The notes beneath the pieces were generated by a model, which saw nothing but the letters and a program-made list of their open reading frames with translations, did no database searches and had not been told where the DNA came from. The position numbers were made by a program, and so were the translations under genes. This document shows, piece by piece, positions 18,374 through 27,478 of a stretch of 64,000 nt of DNA. The first letter of the stretch is position 1, and every line of letters starts with the position of its first letter. Location: contig JAJRUZ010000035.1 in the NCBI GenBank assembly GCA_024277525.1, positions 1,930 through 65,929 on the forward strand, read 5' to 3'. Source of the DNA: a candidate division WOR-3 bacterium (GTDB lineage Bacteria > Hydrothermota > Hydrothermia > Hydrothermales > JAJRUZ01).

Positions 18374-19300
18374 TTATCTTTTTAAATTTCTCGGATATAT
18401 TACATTTGAAAATTTGGCTCTGGGGAATTTTTTTTCAACATCCGAAAGAGTAATGATTCTATTTTCTAATTGCACCGTATCTTTCGGAAATTCATAACCT
18501 ACAAGACCTTCCTCTGTTCTCACAAGGAGGGAAATTCTCAGAAGGACGGATTTTGTATAAAATTCATAGGGAGAGTATTGAGGCATTGAGTCCCTCCATA
18601 CATCAAAATCCAAATTTCCGTCATTATCCCAATCCGCACAGACCCTTACTTCAAAATCCTCAACATTATCAAGAAAAATTTCTCCGTTTCTCTCCAATGT
18701 GGTTCCGTCTAACATATAAATAATCGTATCTACGATGCGTGAAGAATTTCCCGGTTCAATCAAAACATAGCCTTTCTGCACACTCATAGCGCCTGCCGGT
18801 AGATTTGTAGTAATGTAATAAAGAGAATCGGATACGGTTGTTATTGAAAGAACATTTAAGACATTGTTCCATACCGGATTCCCTCTGTTGTCCACTATTA
18901 TTAAATAATCCCCGACTTTAAAATTGCGGGTTGTATCCGCCCATCTATAAGCAGGGATAACATTTGAACTTGTAGTTTGAGTTGCAATGGTCCATTTTCC
19001 GGATGAAGGATCAAGAGGAAAATCTGCTGCAAGTAAGAGTAAAGTATCCGGGGAGATACTGTCTCCATCCCTATACAAAAAAGGGATTACCGAATCTGGA
19101 ACACACAATCCTGCATGTAATACTTCCTGTGATAACACATTGAGAGCTATCTGTGCCTCGGAAAATAAAGTTGCTTTTTCGCTTACTTCGCTACTTTTTC
19201 TGCTCTGTGTTATAAAAATTGAAATAACCATCGCCATCACTATGCTGAAAATAAGCATACTTACCATCATTTCAATTATTGTTAATCCTTTCTTTTTCAT
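18374..19300 (-). CDS. PilW-like minor pilin (prepilin-type N-terminal cleavage/methylation domain)
   Basis: MKKKG|LTIIEMMVSMLIFSIVMAMV prepilin leader plus hydrophobic helix. 308 aa. Confidence 0.65.
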   Translation of the reverse strand: MKKKGLTIIEMMVSMLIFSIVMAMVISIFITQSRKSSEVSEKATLFSEAQIALNVLSQEVLHAGLCVPDSVIPFLYRDGDSISPDTLLLLAADFPLDPSSGKWTIATQTTSSNVIPAYRWADTTRNFKVGDYLIIVDNRGNPVWNNVLNVLSITTVSDSLYYITTNLPAGAMSVQKGYVLIEPGNSSRIVDTIIYMLDGTTLERNGEIFLDNVEDFEVRVCADWDNDGNLDFDVWRDSMPQYSPYEFYTKSVLLRISLLVRTEEGLVGYEFPKDTVQLENRIITLSDVEKKFPRAKFSNVIYPRNLKR

Positions 19301-19301
19301 C

Positions 19302-19724
19302 TTATTCCCTCCATTTTTCCATCAGTCTCGAAAAGTGGAATGTTTTTCCGCCGGAATTCCAAAATACAAATATTTTGATTTTCTTGAGTGTGCCATTGTC
19401 TGCTATGTTCCATATTACAGTGTAAGGTAAACCCTCAATTGTATCGGTTTTGGTATAATCAGGCAGTAACGGAGGTACATTGTCCAAATCAAGTGTATCT
19501 CCGTCATCCAAAAGTAAGGTATCATCATAAGAAAGAGTAGAGAATGTTTCTACATATTTGTTAAGTTCATGTATTGCACTTTTTCTGTGGTTTGTCAAAA
19601 TAAGAGCATGGGAACCGAAAAGCACAAGTCCGAGAAGCCCACCTGCAAATACTATGCCTAATATTGCAATAGCCACTATTACTTCAAGTAAAGTAAATCC
19701 TTTTCTTTTATTTTTCAGTACCAT
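19302..19724 (-). CDS. PilV-like minor pilin (prepilin-type N-terminal domain)
   Basis: MVLKNKRKG|FTLLEVIVAIAILGIV. Start set at the ATG at 19724, which is preceded by a G-rich tract; the track start at 19745 would give an atypically long leader. Confidence 0.65.
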   Translation of the reverse strand: MVLKNKRKGFTLLEVIVAIAILGIVFAGGLLGLVLFGSHALILTNHRKSAIHELNKYVETFSTLSYDDTLLLDDGDTLDLDNVPPLLPDYTKTDTIEGLPYTVIWNIADNGTLKKIKIFVFWNSGGKTFHFSRLMEKWRE

Positions 19725-20224
19725 GATGACCCCCCCCATTTCCACACTTTTATCCTTCCGCTCCTTGCTATCCCGACTGCATAGGCTTTTTCTCCGTCAG
19801 AGAAATATATTCCACCCGGTGTTAAGGAACCTCCGCTTGATGTAAATAAAACCGGATTATTATCATAAGGAGAGGAAAAGGTTCCACCTGCCTCAGGAAC
19901 CCCGGTAGAGGGTATTCCGTTACTTTGCCCGAGATATGAGAAAAATCCATCAGGAGGCGAGATGGTGGTAGTATCCGAAAGACCGAAAACTACCACGATT
20001 TTTTCACCTGTGGAAGACGGAAATCTGACTTCTGTATATGCTCCTCTTGCCATAGCCATCTGTCTTATATTACGAAGAATTTGAGCAGTTTTCTTCACAA
20101 CAGAAGCCAAATTTGATTTTCTTATCTCGGAAGAGGAAATAAAAGCAACTAATCCTACCAAGATTCCGATAACCGTAATAACCATAAGCAATTCAACTAT
20201 TGAAAATCCTTTTTTCACTCTCAT
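19715..20224 (-). CDS. FimT/GspH-like minor pilin
   Basis: MRVKKG|FSIVELLMVITVIGILVGL prepilin N-terminus. 169 aa with a GspH-like body. Confidence 0.65.
   Translation of the reverse strand: MRVKKGFSIVELLMVITVIGILVGLVAFISSSEIRKSNLASVVKKTAQILRNIRQMAMARGAYTEVRFPSSTGEKIVVVFGLSDTTTISPPDGFFSYLGQSNGIPSTGVPEAGGTFSSPYDNNPVLFTSSGGSLTPGGIYFSDGEKAYAVGIARSGRIKVWKWGGSSWY
19730..19737 (-). repeat. G8 homopolymer (C8 on the + strand) at the fimT-like 3' end / pilV-like ribosome-binding region
   Basis: Minus strand reads ..tgg aaa tGG GGG GGG tca tca tgg tac tga. It lies 6-13 nt upstream of the pilV-like ATG. Confidence 0.9.
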
Positions 20225-20228
20225 AGCA

Positions 20229-20660
20229 CTACCTCACATAAATTATAAAGATTAAATTCCCTATTCTCTCTGCTATTGATGCTCCTTTCTTTTTTATATA
20301 TACAACAATTGCCGGACCGGTTTTTAGCTTTGTCGGAGTGCTGTTTTTCCTAACAAATTCTAACATATTCTTAGGTATCGTTTCAATTACTCTCCCGGAA
20401 GGCTCTTTTATGTAAAGGTTTTCAATTATACCTTTACTTATCTGCAATATCTGTGTTGACTTTGTAAAATAAATATAAGTTTTCTCCGGGGAAGCATCAT
20501 CAATTGCAATCTTTATATAATTACTTCCGGTTTCTCCTATGTAAACAATATTTGCCGAATATCCCTTCTCCTTTCTCAGGCATTTAATAAAATGGCGAAG
20601 GGCAGGAGACATCCCCATCTGATTCACCAAAAAAGATAAAGTTAAAATAAATCCCATCAT
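20229..20660 (-). CDS. hypothetical protein, positioned directly after pilY1
   Basis: 143 aa with an AGGAGG RBS. No motif recognised. Confidence 0.5.
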   Translation of the reverse strand: MMGFILTLSFLVNQMGMSPALRHFIKCLRKEKGYSANIVYIGETGSNYIKIAIDDASPEKTYIYFTKSTQILQISKGIIENLYIKEPSGRVIETIPKNMLEFVRKNSTPTKLKTGPAIVVYIKKKGASIAERIGNLIFIIYVR

Positions 20661-20670
20661 TTTAAACCTC

Positions 20671-23600
20671 CTATTTTTGTTTTTTCCATAAAATTATACC
20701 TTTTCTAATTGAAAGAGGCAAGTTTATATCAAATTTTTCAATTACTCCTTCAGAAGTATGAACACTCACCGTAGCACTTTTTTCTCCGATATGCACGGTC
20801 GGTTCGGAAGGAAGTCCTGCTACGGATTTTGCTTTTTCAATTCTTGTCTGTCCGCCTCCTAATTCGGTTTCTGTTTTTAAAATTGAAATGGGATGTGCGG
20901 TTCCTGTTTTATAATATAAACCGAATATTTCTCCGCTTCCTCCGCCTCCTCCTGCTTCGCACGGGTCACAAGCCCCGGCAAGTGCAGCAGGATTTAAAGT
21001 AGTAAATATAACAGCTCCTCCTACTGCTGCGGGTTTATGGATACATCTTTCACCGCTCGGAAGCCTTATATACCAGCCGTCATAAGTTGAAACAAGAGAG
21101 ACAAACTCGTAAAAAGAATATTTACTTGCACCCAATATAATACTATCAACACCGGGTGCATAATTTATCAAAACAGCATCCGTTACATCTATAAGATTAG
21201 CCAATGTTTTTGTGCTATCCGAAACCTTAACACCCACAAGGTATTGCTGTGATGCATCACTTATATCTTCAGCGGACCAGAATTTCCCTGTTCCGAAATA
21301 AACCCAGATATTTCCCCTTTCATCAAGCACAGGTGCAATACCTCCGATTATGGGTGCATCAATAACAAACACGGAATCCATTATCCATAGAGCAGGGTTG
21401 TTATCATAATTTGTTTTTATTCTGTATACGTATCCTTTCCATGTTCCTGTAAGAGGGAAGTATCTATTAACACCGAAGAAAATATAATCCACATTATAAT
21501 TCAAATTTATATCCGTAGATACAATATCTCCGCAAAAAGCATTCGGAACACCGAGGTCAAATTTTAAAACATTTGCCAAATTATCAAGATTTAAAACATA
21601 CAAAAATGCATTTTGGTCCGATGTACCTGATATTATCTCGGTGGGTCCTGAACCAATGGTTAAAAACCAGAATGTATCAATTTTTGCAATTGCAGGCATA
21701 CTTGTTGTATATCCGAGATTTGTATCAGAAAATTCGGTCAGGATATTAATGTTATCTGCGGTAGGATTGGTTACATCTAAAATCATATAAGAAGAAGACA
21801 AAATTTCTCCTGTTGGAAGCGTTTCCGGAAAACCGCCGAAGTTTAATCCTTGAATGAGTATTGTTCCCCAGCCGTTAGGATGAATTACATCTGGATTAAA
21901 TATTTTCACATCGCTTAAATAGGGTCTTCCGTCAACATAGTAAATATGACATCCTTCATAATCCGGGTCCATGTAATATTTTAAATGAGGTAAAACCGCT
22001 CTGGGAATAATTGCAAGTATTTCCTCTCCAAGATTATAGAGTAACGGGTAATCATTAACCAATTTACCAACGGTATCACCGCCTGTAAGGGGTTTAAAGA
22101 CACCCGCATTAAATACATGTAGCATACCGTCATTTGCTCCCACAAATAAAACTCCCCTTTTACCCCTGTTATTAACTTCATCATAATAGGTTGAGTAGAA
22201 ATCTAAATAAGACATATCTCCGTAAAGTAAGTCATATCTTTCCATAGGCTCTGCCATATAAGCCGGATTTGAATAAATAATATCTCCTAACTTCCACACA
22301 TTTCCATTTATGAGACGTGACCTTAAGTTGGGATAATCTATACCCCTTATGTAACTTATAACCGTATCAGCGGAGGTTGCTGTTGGGACCTCCAATAAAG
22401 GTTGAAGTGATAACCTGTTCAATGTTGTAAAATCATTTAAGAAATAAGTTGTCCCGGTAAATTCTACATATTTTATTCTTCTTGAACTTTCAAGTGTAGT
22501 ATGAAGATATTCACCGAAATCTAATACAGTATTTATATCTGTTATGGTATCTATTCCCACTGCCACTGTTTCTGCACCTGTAATCTGACCATCTCCATTT
22601 ATGTCTGCATAAAAATATGCATATGTTATACCTTCCACTGAGTTATATTTATACTTTATTACACGGTCATTAAGATAATTTAATATCTTATTATTATCCG
22701 TATCTTCTCTCAGATTACCGTATTCATCAACCCACAGCGATCTAACTTCTCCAAGCCAATATCTATCTTTATTTGTAAGCGGATCTTTTCTTGAAGGGAA
22801 GAAAAAGGCTTCAAAGAATAAACCTTCTCCGGCTGAACCTGCAGGAAAGGTGGGAGCTGCTGAAGCAGCTGCGATTTTTCTGCTTACTTTTTTGAGAAAT
22901 TTTTCAAGACCTTTTTCTATTTCTTCTCCTGATGCAGCATCAACAAAATTATCCGGTAATGAATCTTGGTCACTGTCCCATTCAGCCCAGTCAAGGGAAT
23001 TATAAGGAACAGGTAAGGTAAAAGGAACAAGAAGGGAATTAGTCGGAAAATTAGTGTAATTTCCGGGAAGAGAATCATTATTTGTGTCTTCAAATCCTCC
23101 CCATAACCCCATCCATGTCATCGCATTTTTTCCGGCTGCAGAACCACCAAATATATACATTGTGAAGAATGTTATAAATTGTTTGTCTCGTAATGAATCT
23201 CTTAAATCTATTGTATGGTAAGTGTAAACTTCATCTAAGGGGTCCCCTCCAAGGTTCCAGTCTCCATCCGAAATAATTATTGCATAAGCAGGTTTACACC
23301 ACACTGCAACGGCTGAATTGCAATAGGAATCATAAAACAGATCAGTAAGGGTATCTCTTGTTGCCCTTGAATAAAGAGCTTTGGCTGTATCTACTCCACA
23401 TACAGTAGGCGTACCACCCATTGGACAAGTTGCATTTATTCCGTATTCAATATCTGATATACTTCTTCCTTTTAAAAATAAAGTATAAGCATAATAGATT
23501 GTTCCGAGAGTATTACTGTTATATTTTACAATACTCCATGTCGGAGCATCAGCATCAATCAACCCGTCTTTATTTTTATCAGAAAATTTTTCTATTATTC

Positions 23601-24414
23601 CCCTTGCTTCTGATTCTGACATTTTAATCCATGCAGAATCATGACTTGCCCATGTATCAACTATTGTCCAAATTACTGTAGTCCCTCCTCCACCTCCACC
23701 ACCTCCACCACCTCCTCCTCCACCCCCTCCACCTCCAGAAAAAACTATACCTTTCTCTAATGTGATAGAAATACTTCCTCCAATAGATGAGTAGCTTCCA
23801 TCACTGTTATATAAAGCCTCTATTGCAGAGGTTCCGTTAAGCGGTATAGTAGGATCACAATTATACCATCCATTAGGGTCAAATGATATATTTATTGCAT
23901 AAAGTGTATCTCCAAGAGGAGAGGTATCATATATGTATTTTCGCTCATAAGGTGATAAAGCATATCTTCTCCTTCTCATTTCTATTACAACTTCCCCTGT
24001 ACCTAAATCTATTACAATGTATTCTCCTGTCAATACCTTTTTCAATACCTGATGCCTATGCAAATTCTGAGCCCAATTAAGTAGATTCCCCCATATCTCA
24101 CCAGTTGTTAGCTTTATTATAGGATCTGTAGACACGAAGGTATCCGTCTTTTCAAAATAATGTGAAAGAGTGTCATATTTATAATAATGATATGGGCTAA
24201 AACTTCCGTAATATTTATAATCCGGATAAAAACTGTCTTCTGGTAAAGTATATGCTGGCCAGCACATGCTTCCGGAGTAGTCCAAAATAAGCACAATATG
24301 CGGGGATACAGCAGATGTCTGAATTCCTAAGAAAGGCGGAAATTTACAAGGCGGCTGGACGGCATACAAAGCCATCCATATCACAAATATCACCGGAATT
24401 GTTTTTTTAACCAT
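20671..24414 (-). CDS. pilY1: PilY1-like type IV pilus tip adhesin with an N-terminal vWA-like region
   Basis: Signal peptide. MIDAS-like LILDYSGSM. Gly18 linker. GANDGMLHVFNAG motif typical of the PilY1/PilC beta-propeller. Start set at the ATG at 24414, 7 nt after AGGAGG. Confidence 0.8.
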   Translation of the reverse strand: MVKKTIPVIFVIWMALYAVQPPCKFPPFLGIQTSAVSPHIVLILDYSGSMCWPAYTLPEDSFYPDYKYYGSFSPYHYYKYDTLSHYFEKTDTFVSTDPIIKLTTGEIWGNLLNWAQNLHRHQVLKKVLTGEYIVIDLGTGEVVIEMRRRRYALSPYERKYIYDTSPLGDTLYAINISFDPNGWYNCDPTIPLNGTSAIEALYNSDGSYSSIGGSISITLEKGIVFSGGGGGGGGGGGGGGGGGGTTVIWTIVDTWASHDSAWIKMSESEARGIIEKFSDKNKDGLIDADAPTWSIVKYNSNTLGTIYYAYTLFLKGRSISDIEYGINATCPMGGTPTVCGVDTAKALYSRATRDTLTDLFYDSYCNSAVAVWCKPAYAIIISDGDWNLGGDPLDEVYTYHTIDLRDSLRDKQFITFFTMYIFGGSAAGKNAMTWMGLWGGFEDTNNDSLPGNYTNFPTNSLLVPFTLPVPYNSLDWAEWDSDQDSLPDNFVDAASGEEIEKGLEKFLKKVSRKIAAASAAPTFPAGSAGEGLFFEAFFFPSRKDPLTNKDRYWLGEVRSLWVDEYGNLREDTDNNKILNYLNDRVIKYKYNSVEGITYAYFYADINGDGQITGAETVAVGIDTITDINTVLDFGEYLHTTLESSRRIKYVEFTGTTYFLNDFTTLNRLSLQPLLEVPTATSADTVISYIRGIDYPNLRSRLINGNVWKLGDIIYSNPAYMAEPMERYDLLYGDMSYLDFYSTYYDEVNNRGKRGVLFVGANDGMLHVFNAGVFKPLTGGDTVGKLVNDYPLLYNLGEEILAIIPRAVLPHLKYYMDPDYEGCHIYYVDGRPYLSDVKIFNPDVIHPNGWGTILIQGLNFGGFPETLPTGEILSSSYMILDVTNPTADNINILTEFSDTNLGYTTSMPAIAKIDTFWFLTIGSGPTEIISGTSDQNAFLYVLNLDNLANVLKFDLGVPNAFCGDIVSTDINLNYNVDYIFFGVNRYFPLTGTWKGYVYRIKTNYDNNPALWIMDSVFVIDAPIIGGIAPVLDERGNIWVYFGTGKFWSAEDISDASQQYLVGVKVSDSTKTLANLIDVTDAVLINYAPGVDSIILGASKYSFYEFVSLVSTYDGWYIRLPSGERCIHKPAAVGGAVIFTTLNPAALAGACDPCEAGGGGGSGEIFGLYYKTGTAHPISILKTETELGGGQTRIEKAKSVAGLPSEPTVHIGEKSATVSVHTSEGVIEKFDINLPLSIRKGIILWKKQK
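23683..23736 (-). repeat. (GGN)18 tract encoding 18 consecutive glycines inside pilY1
   Basis: The + strand reads ccctcctccacctccaccacctccaccacctcctcctccaccccctccacctcc, an imperfect CCTCCA-type microrepeat. Confidence 0.9.
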
Positions 24415-24444
24415 TTTCAAACCTCCTTCTTAACCTAATTTAAT

Positions 24445-24460
24445 AGCAAAATCTATTCCA
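24445..24460 (-). promoter_or_regulatory. candidate sigma54 promoter TGGAAT-N5-TTGCT upstream of pilY1
   Basis: Minus strand reads TGGAATAGATTTTGCT. GG and GC have the canonical -24/-12 spacing. About 20 nt upstream of the AGGAGG RBS. Confidence 0.55.
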
Positions 24461-24489
24461 CACACTTTTTACCCCTTTTTTGTGTAAAA

Positions 24490-24509
24490 GTGTTACCTTC
24501 GGGTAACAC
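24490..24509 (-). terminator. probable intrinsic terminator after pgk
   Basis: GTGTTACC-cgaa-GGTAACAC hairpin followed by TTTTAC on the minus strand, a few nt after the pgk stop. Confidence 0.45.
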
Positions 24510-24515
24510 ACTGTT

Positions 24516-25673
24516 TCATTCAAGTGCCTCAATTCCGGGTAAGGTTCCTTTTTCAATAAATTCAAGCGATGCCCCTCCCCCTGTTGATACAAAGGAAATT
24601 TTTTCCTCCAGATTCAATTTTTTTATTGCTGTCACCGTCTCACCTCCTCCGCATACGGTAAAAGCCCCTTTTTCCGAAACTTCTGCTAATACCCTTGCTA
24701 TTTCATATGTTCCCTTTGCAAATACTTCATTCTCAAAAACACCCATCGGACCGTTCCAGAAAATTGTTTTTCCTTTGAAAATCTCTTCTTTAAATATATT
24801 AATTGTCTTTGTTCCTATATCAAATCCAGCCTTCTCATCCGGGACTTCCTTCCCTTCCTCAAATTCCTCCGCATCCTTTGAATCACCATATTTCACATCA
24901 ATAGGCAATATTATCCTGTCTTCGGGTAATTTTTTAACTTCTTCAATAAAAGTCTCATCAAGTATTGAATTTCCGATTTTTTTACCTTTTGCCTTCCAAA
25001 AAGTAAATGCCATTCCTCCTCCGATTAATATTTTATCACATTTTTCAATTAATGCTTTTATAACACCGATTTTATCTTTGACTTTTGCGCCGCCGAGTAT
25101 CGCAAGAAAAGGTCTTTCCGGTTCTTTAAGCAATTTCGAAATGTTCTTTATTTCTTCTTCGAGTAAGAATCCCGCATATTTCTCCGAGAAAAGCTTGGGA
25201 AGTGCATGCACCGATACATGCTTTCTGTGAGAAGCAGAAAATGCTTCATTCACATAAATATCAGCAAGTTCCCTCCATTTTTTTGCAAGTTCTTCATCGT
25301 CTTTCTCCTCTCCTTTTGCGAATCTCGTGTTTTCCAAAAGCAATATATCACCTTCTTTCATCCCTTCAATTATTTTTTTAACTCCTTCACCATAAAGTTC
25401 TTCCGAGAATTTTACTTCTTTTTTCATAAGCTCTGATAGTCTCTCGGCACACGGCTTTAACGATAACTCCGGTTTTCTCTCTCCCTTAGGTCTTCCGAGA
25501 TGCGAGGCAAGAATCAACTTTGCACCTCTTGAACAGAGAAATTCAATTGTCGGGATTGCTTTTTTTATTCGGGTATCATCCGTTATTTTACCTTCTTTTA
25601 TAGGAACATTGAAGTCCACCCTTATAAAAATTTTTTTATTTTTAACGTCTGTAATTTTATTTAAAGTATTCAT
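24516..25673 (-). CDS. pgk: phosphoglycerate kinase
   Basis: 385 aa. IRVDFNVP, ASHLGRPKG and the C-terminal STGGGASLE motif. Confidence 0.95.
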   Translation of the reverse strand: MNTLNKITDVKNKKIFIRVDFNVPIKEGKITDDTRIKKAIPTIEFLCSRGAKLILASHLGRPKGERKPELSLKPCAERLSELMKKEVKFSEELYGEGVKKIIEGMKEGDILLLENTRFAKGEEKDDEELAKKWRELADIYVNEAFSASHRKHVSVHALPKLFSEKYAGFLLEEEIKNISKLLKEPERPFLAILGGAKVKDKIGVIKALIEKCDKILIGGGMAFTFWKAKGKKIGNSILDETFIEEVKKLPEDRIILPIDVKYGDSKDAEEFEEGKEVPDEKAGFDIGTKTINIFKEEIFKGKTIFWNGPMGVFENEVFAKGTYEIARVLAEVSEKGAFTVCGGGETVTAIKKLNLEEKISFVSTGGGASLEFIEKGTLPGIEALE

Positions 25674-25678
25674 TCTCT

Positions 25679-26341
25679 CTATAAATAAAAGAAAAACATC
25701 AATCTGAAAGTGGTGAGTTCTATTTTAAGAAAATGAGTATAACTTGTTTCTCTTATTATCTCGGTGGTAGTTCCTACGGTTTGGGTTGTTTTCTCTGAAT
25801 ATCTTTCAACAAGCGGAAACTTTAAACCTATGTCTACTGCGAATCCTTTCGTAAAGAAATACTCCAAACCTGCTCCAAAGGGGAGTCCGAAGCCCATAAG
25901 TGTAGAAGTAGCACTGAAATCAGCTCCTTGAACCATCGGTTTTATATCATATTTATGAAGTCTGAACACAAAACCGAAGAAAGAGTAAATATTTCCTTTT
26001 TTTGCTATCATAATTTTTGTTCCACCCTTCATTCCCAATCCGAAATTGAAATTAGTCACACTCAAAGAATCCGGAACAGTGTAGTCTTCTTTATTAAATC
26101 CGAAAATAATATCGGGCTCAACAAAGAATTTTCCGAGTTCCATTTTAACAGCAAAATGCGGATAATTTATTATTGAAGGGATGAATCCGCCGAATTGCCA
26201 TTGTGCAGTTCCGGTTGTTACATCAAAAAACGGGGTTGCGGTGTTCATATCAGTTCCTATTCCGAATCCGATGGTCATGGCTTTAAGAGAGAAAAATACG
26301 GATACAAATAAGACAAGAATCTTAAAGGTAAAGTTTCTCAT
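25679..26341 (-). CDS. outer-membrane beta-barrel protein (OmpA-barrel / porin-family-like)
   Basis: 220 aa with a signal peptide and alternating hydrophobic strands carrying aromatic girdle residues. Confidence 0.5.
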   Translation of the reverse strand: MRNFTFKILVLFVSVFFSLKAMTIGFGIGTDMNTATPFFDVTTGTAQWQFGGFIPSIINYPHFAVKMELGKFFVEPDIIFGFNKEDYTVPDSLSVTNFNFGLGMKGGTKIMIAKKGNIYSFFGFVFRLHKYDIKPMVQGADFSATSTLMGFGLPFGAGLEYFFTKGFAVDIGLKFPLVERYSEKTTQTVGTTTEIIRETSYTHFLKIELTTFRLMFFFYL

Positions 26342-26361
26342 TTTTATTTAAATTAATTTTA

Positions 26362-26378
26362 AAGGGATTGGAACCCTT
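26362..26378 (-). promoter_or_regulatory. T-arm-like leader hairpin, copy d (AAGGG-TTCCAAT-CCCTT)
   Basis: Coding strand AAGGGTTCCAATCCCTT, 20 nt upstream of the ATG at 26341. TATAAA box 5 nt upstream. Confidence 0.6.
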
Positions 26379-26392
26379 AATTTATAAAATTA

Positions 26393-27403
26393 TTATCCCT
26401 CTTTTTCACCCATAAATTCAAGTAAATCAACCACCCTCACAGAGTATCCCCATTCATTGTCATACCATCCGCCCACTTTTACCATGTTTCCGAGCACCTC
26501 TGTGAAAGTTGCATCAAATATACAGGAATGAGGATTTCCGATAAAATCAGAAGACACAAGAGGTTCCTCGCAATATTCAAGGTATCTGGGCAATTTTTCT
26601 GCCTCTTTTTTAAAAGCGGAATTTACTTCTTCTTTTTTAACCTCTTTTGATAAAATAGCAGTAAAATCACATAAAGAAACATCAGGAGTAGGAACCCTTA
26701 TTGCTATTGCTTTAAGTTTGCCTTTTAATTCAGGATAAATGAGTTCAATTGCCTTTGCTGCTCCGGTGGATGTGGGAATTATGTTCTGAGCAGCCGCCCT
26801 TGCCCTCCTTAAATCTTTGTGTATTTGATCAAGAATTCTCTGATCATTTGTGTATGAATGAATGGTGGTCATTTCTCCTTTCTCAATTCCGAAATTTTCA
26901 TGCAGAACCTTAACAAGAAATGCAAAACAGTTGGTCGTGCATGAAGCATTTGAAATAACAAAGTGTTTTTGAGGGTCGTATTTATCTTCATTTACACCCA
27001 AAACAATCGTTATATCCGGAGGAGTTCCTTTTCCGGGGGCAGTAATAATTACCCTTTTTGCACCTGCAGAAATATGCTGAGCAGCCTTTTCCCTGTCCCT
27101 GAAAACACCCGTTGCCTCCACCACATAGTCAATTTCAAGTTCTTTCCACGGAAGCTTATTAGGATCTTTTTCGGCAAAGACTTTTATCTTAATTCCGTTG
27201 ATTAAAAAACCGTCCCCTTCAACTTTTATTTCACCTTCTGCTTTTCCGAAAACCGTATCATATTTATAAAGATGAGCCAAAGCAGCAGGATCCGAAAGGT
27301 CATTAATTGCTACGAATTCAAGATTTTCCCTTTTTAATCCTTCTTTTAAAACCTGTCTTCCGATTCTTCCGAATCCGTTAATTGCAATCCTTATTTTTTT
27401 CAT
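26393..27403 (-). CDS. gap: type I glyceraldehyde-3-phosphate dehydrogenase
   Basis: INGFGRIGR, SNASCTTNC, WYDNEWGYS. Confidence 0.95.
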   Translation of the reverse strand: MKKIRIAINGFGRIGRQVLKEGLKRENLEFVAINDLSDPAALAHLYKYDTVFGKAEGEIKVEGDGFLINGIKIKVFAEKDPNKLPWKELEIDYVVEATGVFRDREKAAQHISAGAKRVIITAPGKGTPPDITIVLGVNEDKYDPQKHFVISNASCTTNCFAFLVKVLHENFGIEKGEMTTIHSYTNDQRILDQIHKDLRRARAAAQNIIPTSTGAAKAIELIYPELKGKLKAIAIRVPTPDVSLCDFTAILSKEVKKEEVNSAFKKEAEKLPRYLEYCEEPLVSSDFIGNPHSCIFDATFTEVLGNMVKVGGWYDNEWGYSVRVVDLLEFMGEKEG

Positions 27404-27425
27404 AATTGTTTTTAAAAATTATAAA

Positions 27426-27438
27426 GGGAATAGAACCC
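27426..27438 (-). promoter_or_regulatory. T-arm-like leader hairpin, copy c (GGG-TTCTATT-CCC)
   Basis: Coding strand GGGTTCTATTCCC, 22 nt upstream of the gap ATG at 27403. TATAAA box 4 nt upstream. Confidence 0.5.
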
Positions 27439-27478
27439 GTTTTTATAAATTAATTATAAGTAAATTTTTATGAAAATT

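Noticed and set aside
24490-25230. 246-aa + strand ORF
   Set aside because: It lies entirely antisense to the well-supported pgk gene. The product is low-complexity (S/P/F/I-rich), as expected for the mirror frame of an AT-rich gene. It has no RBS.
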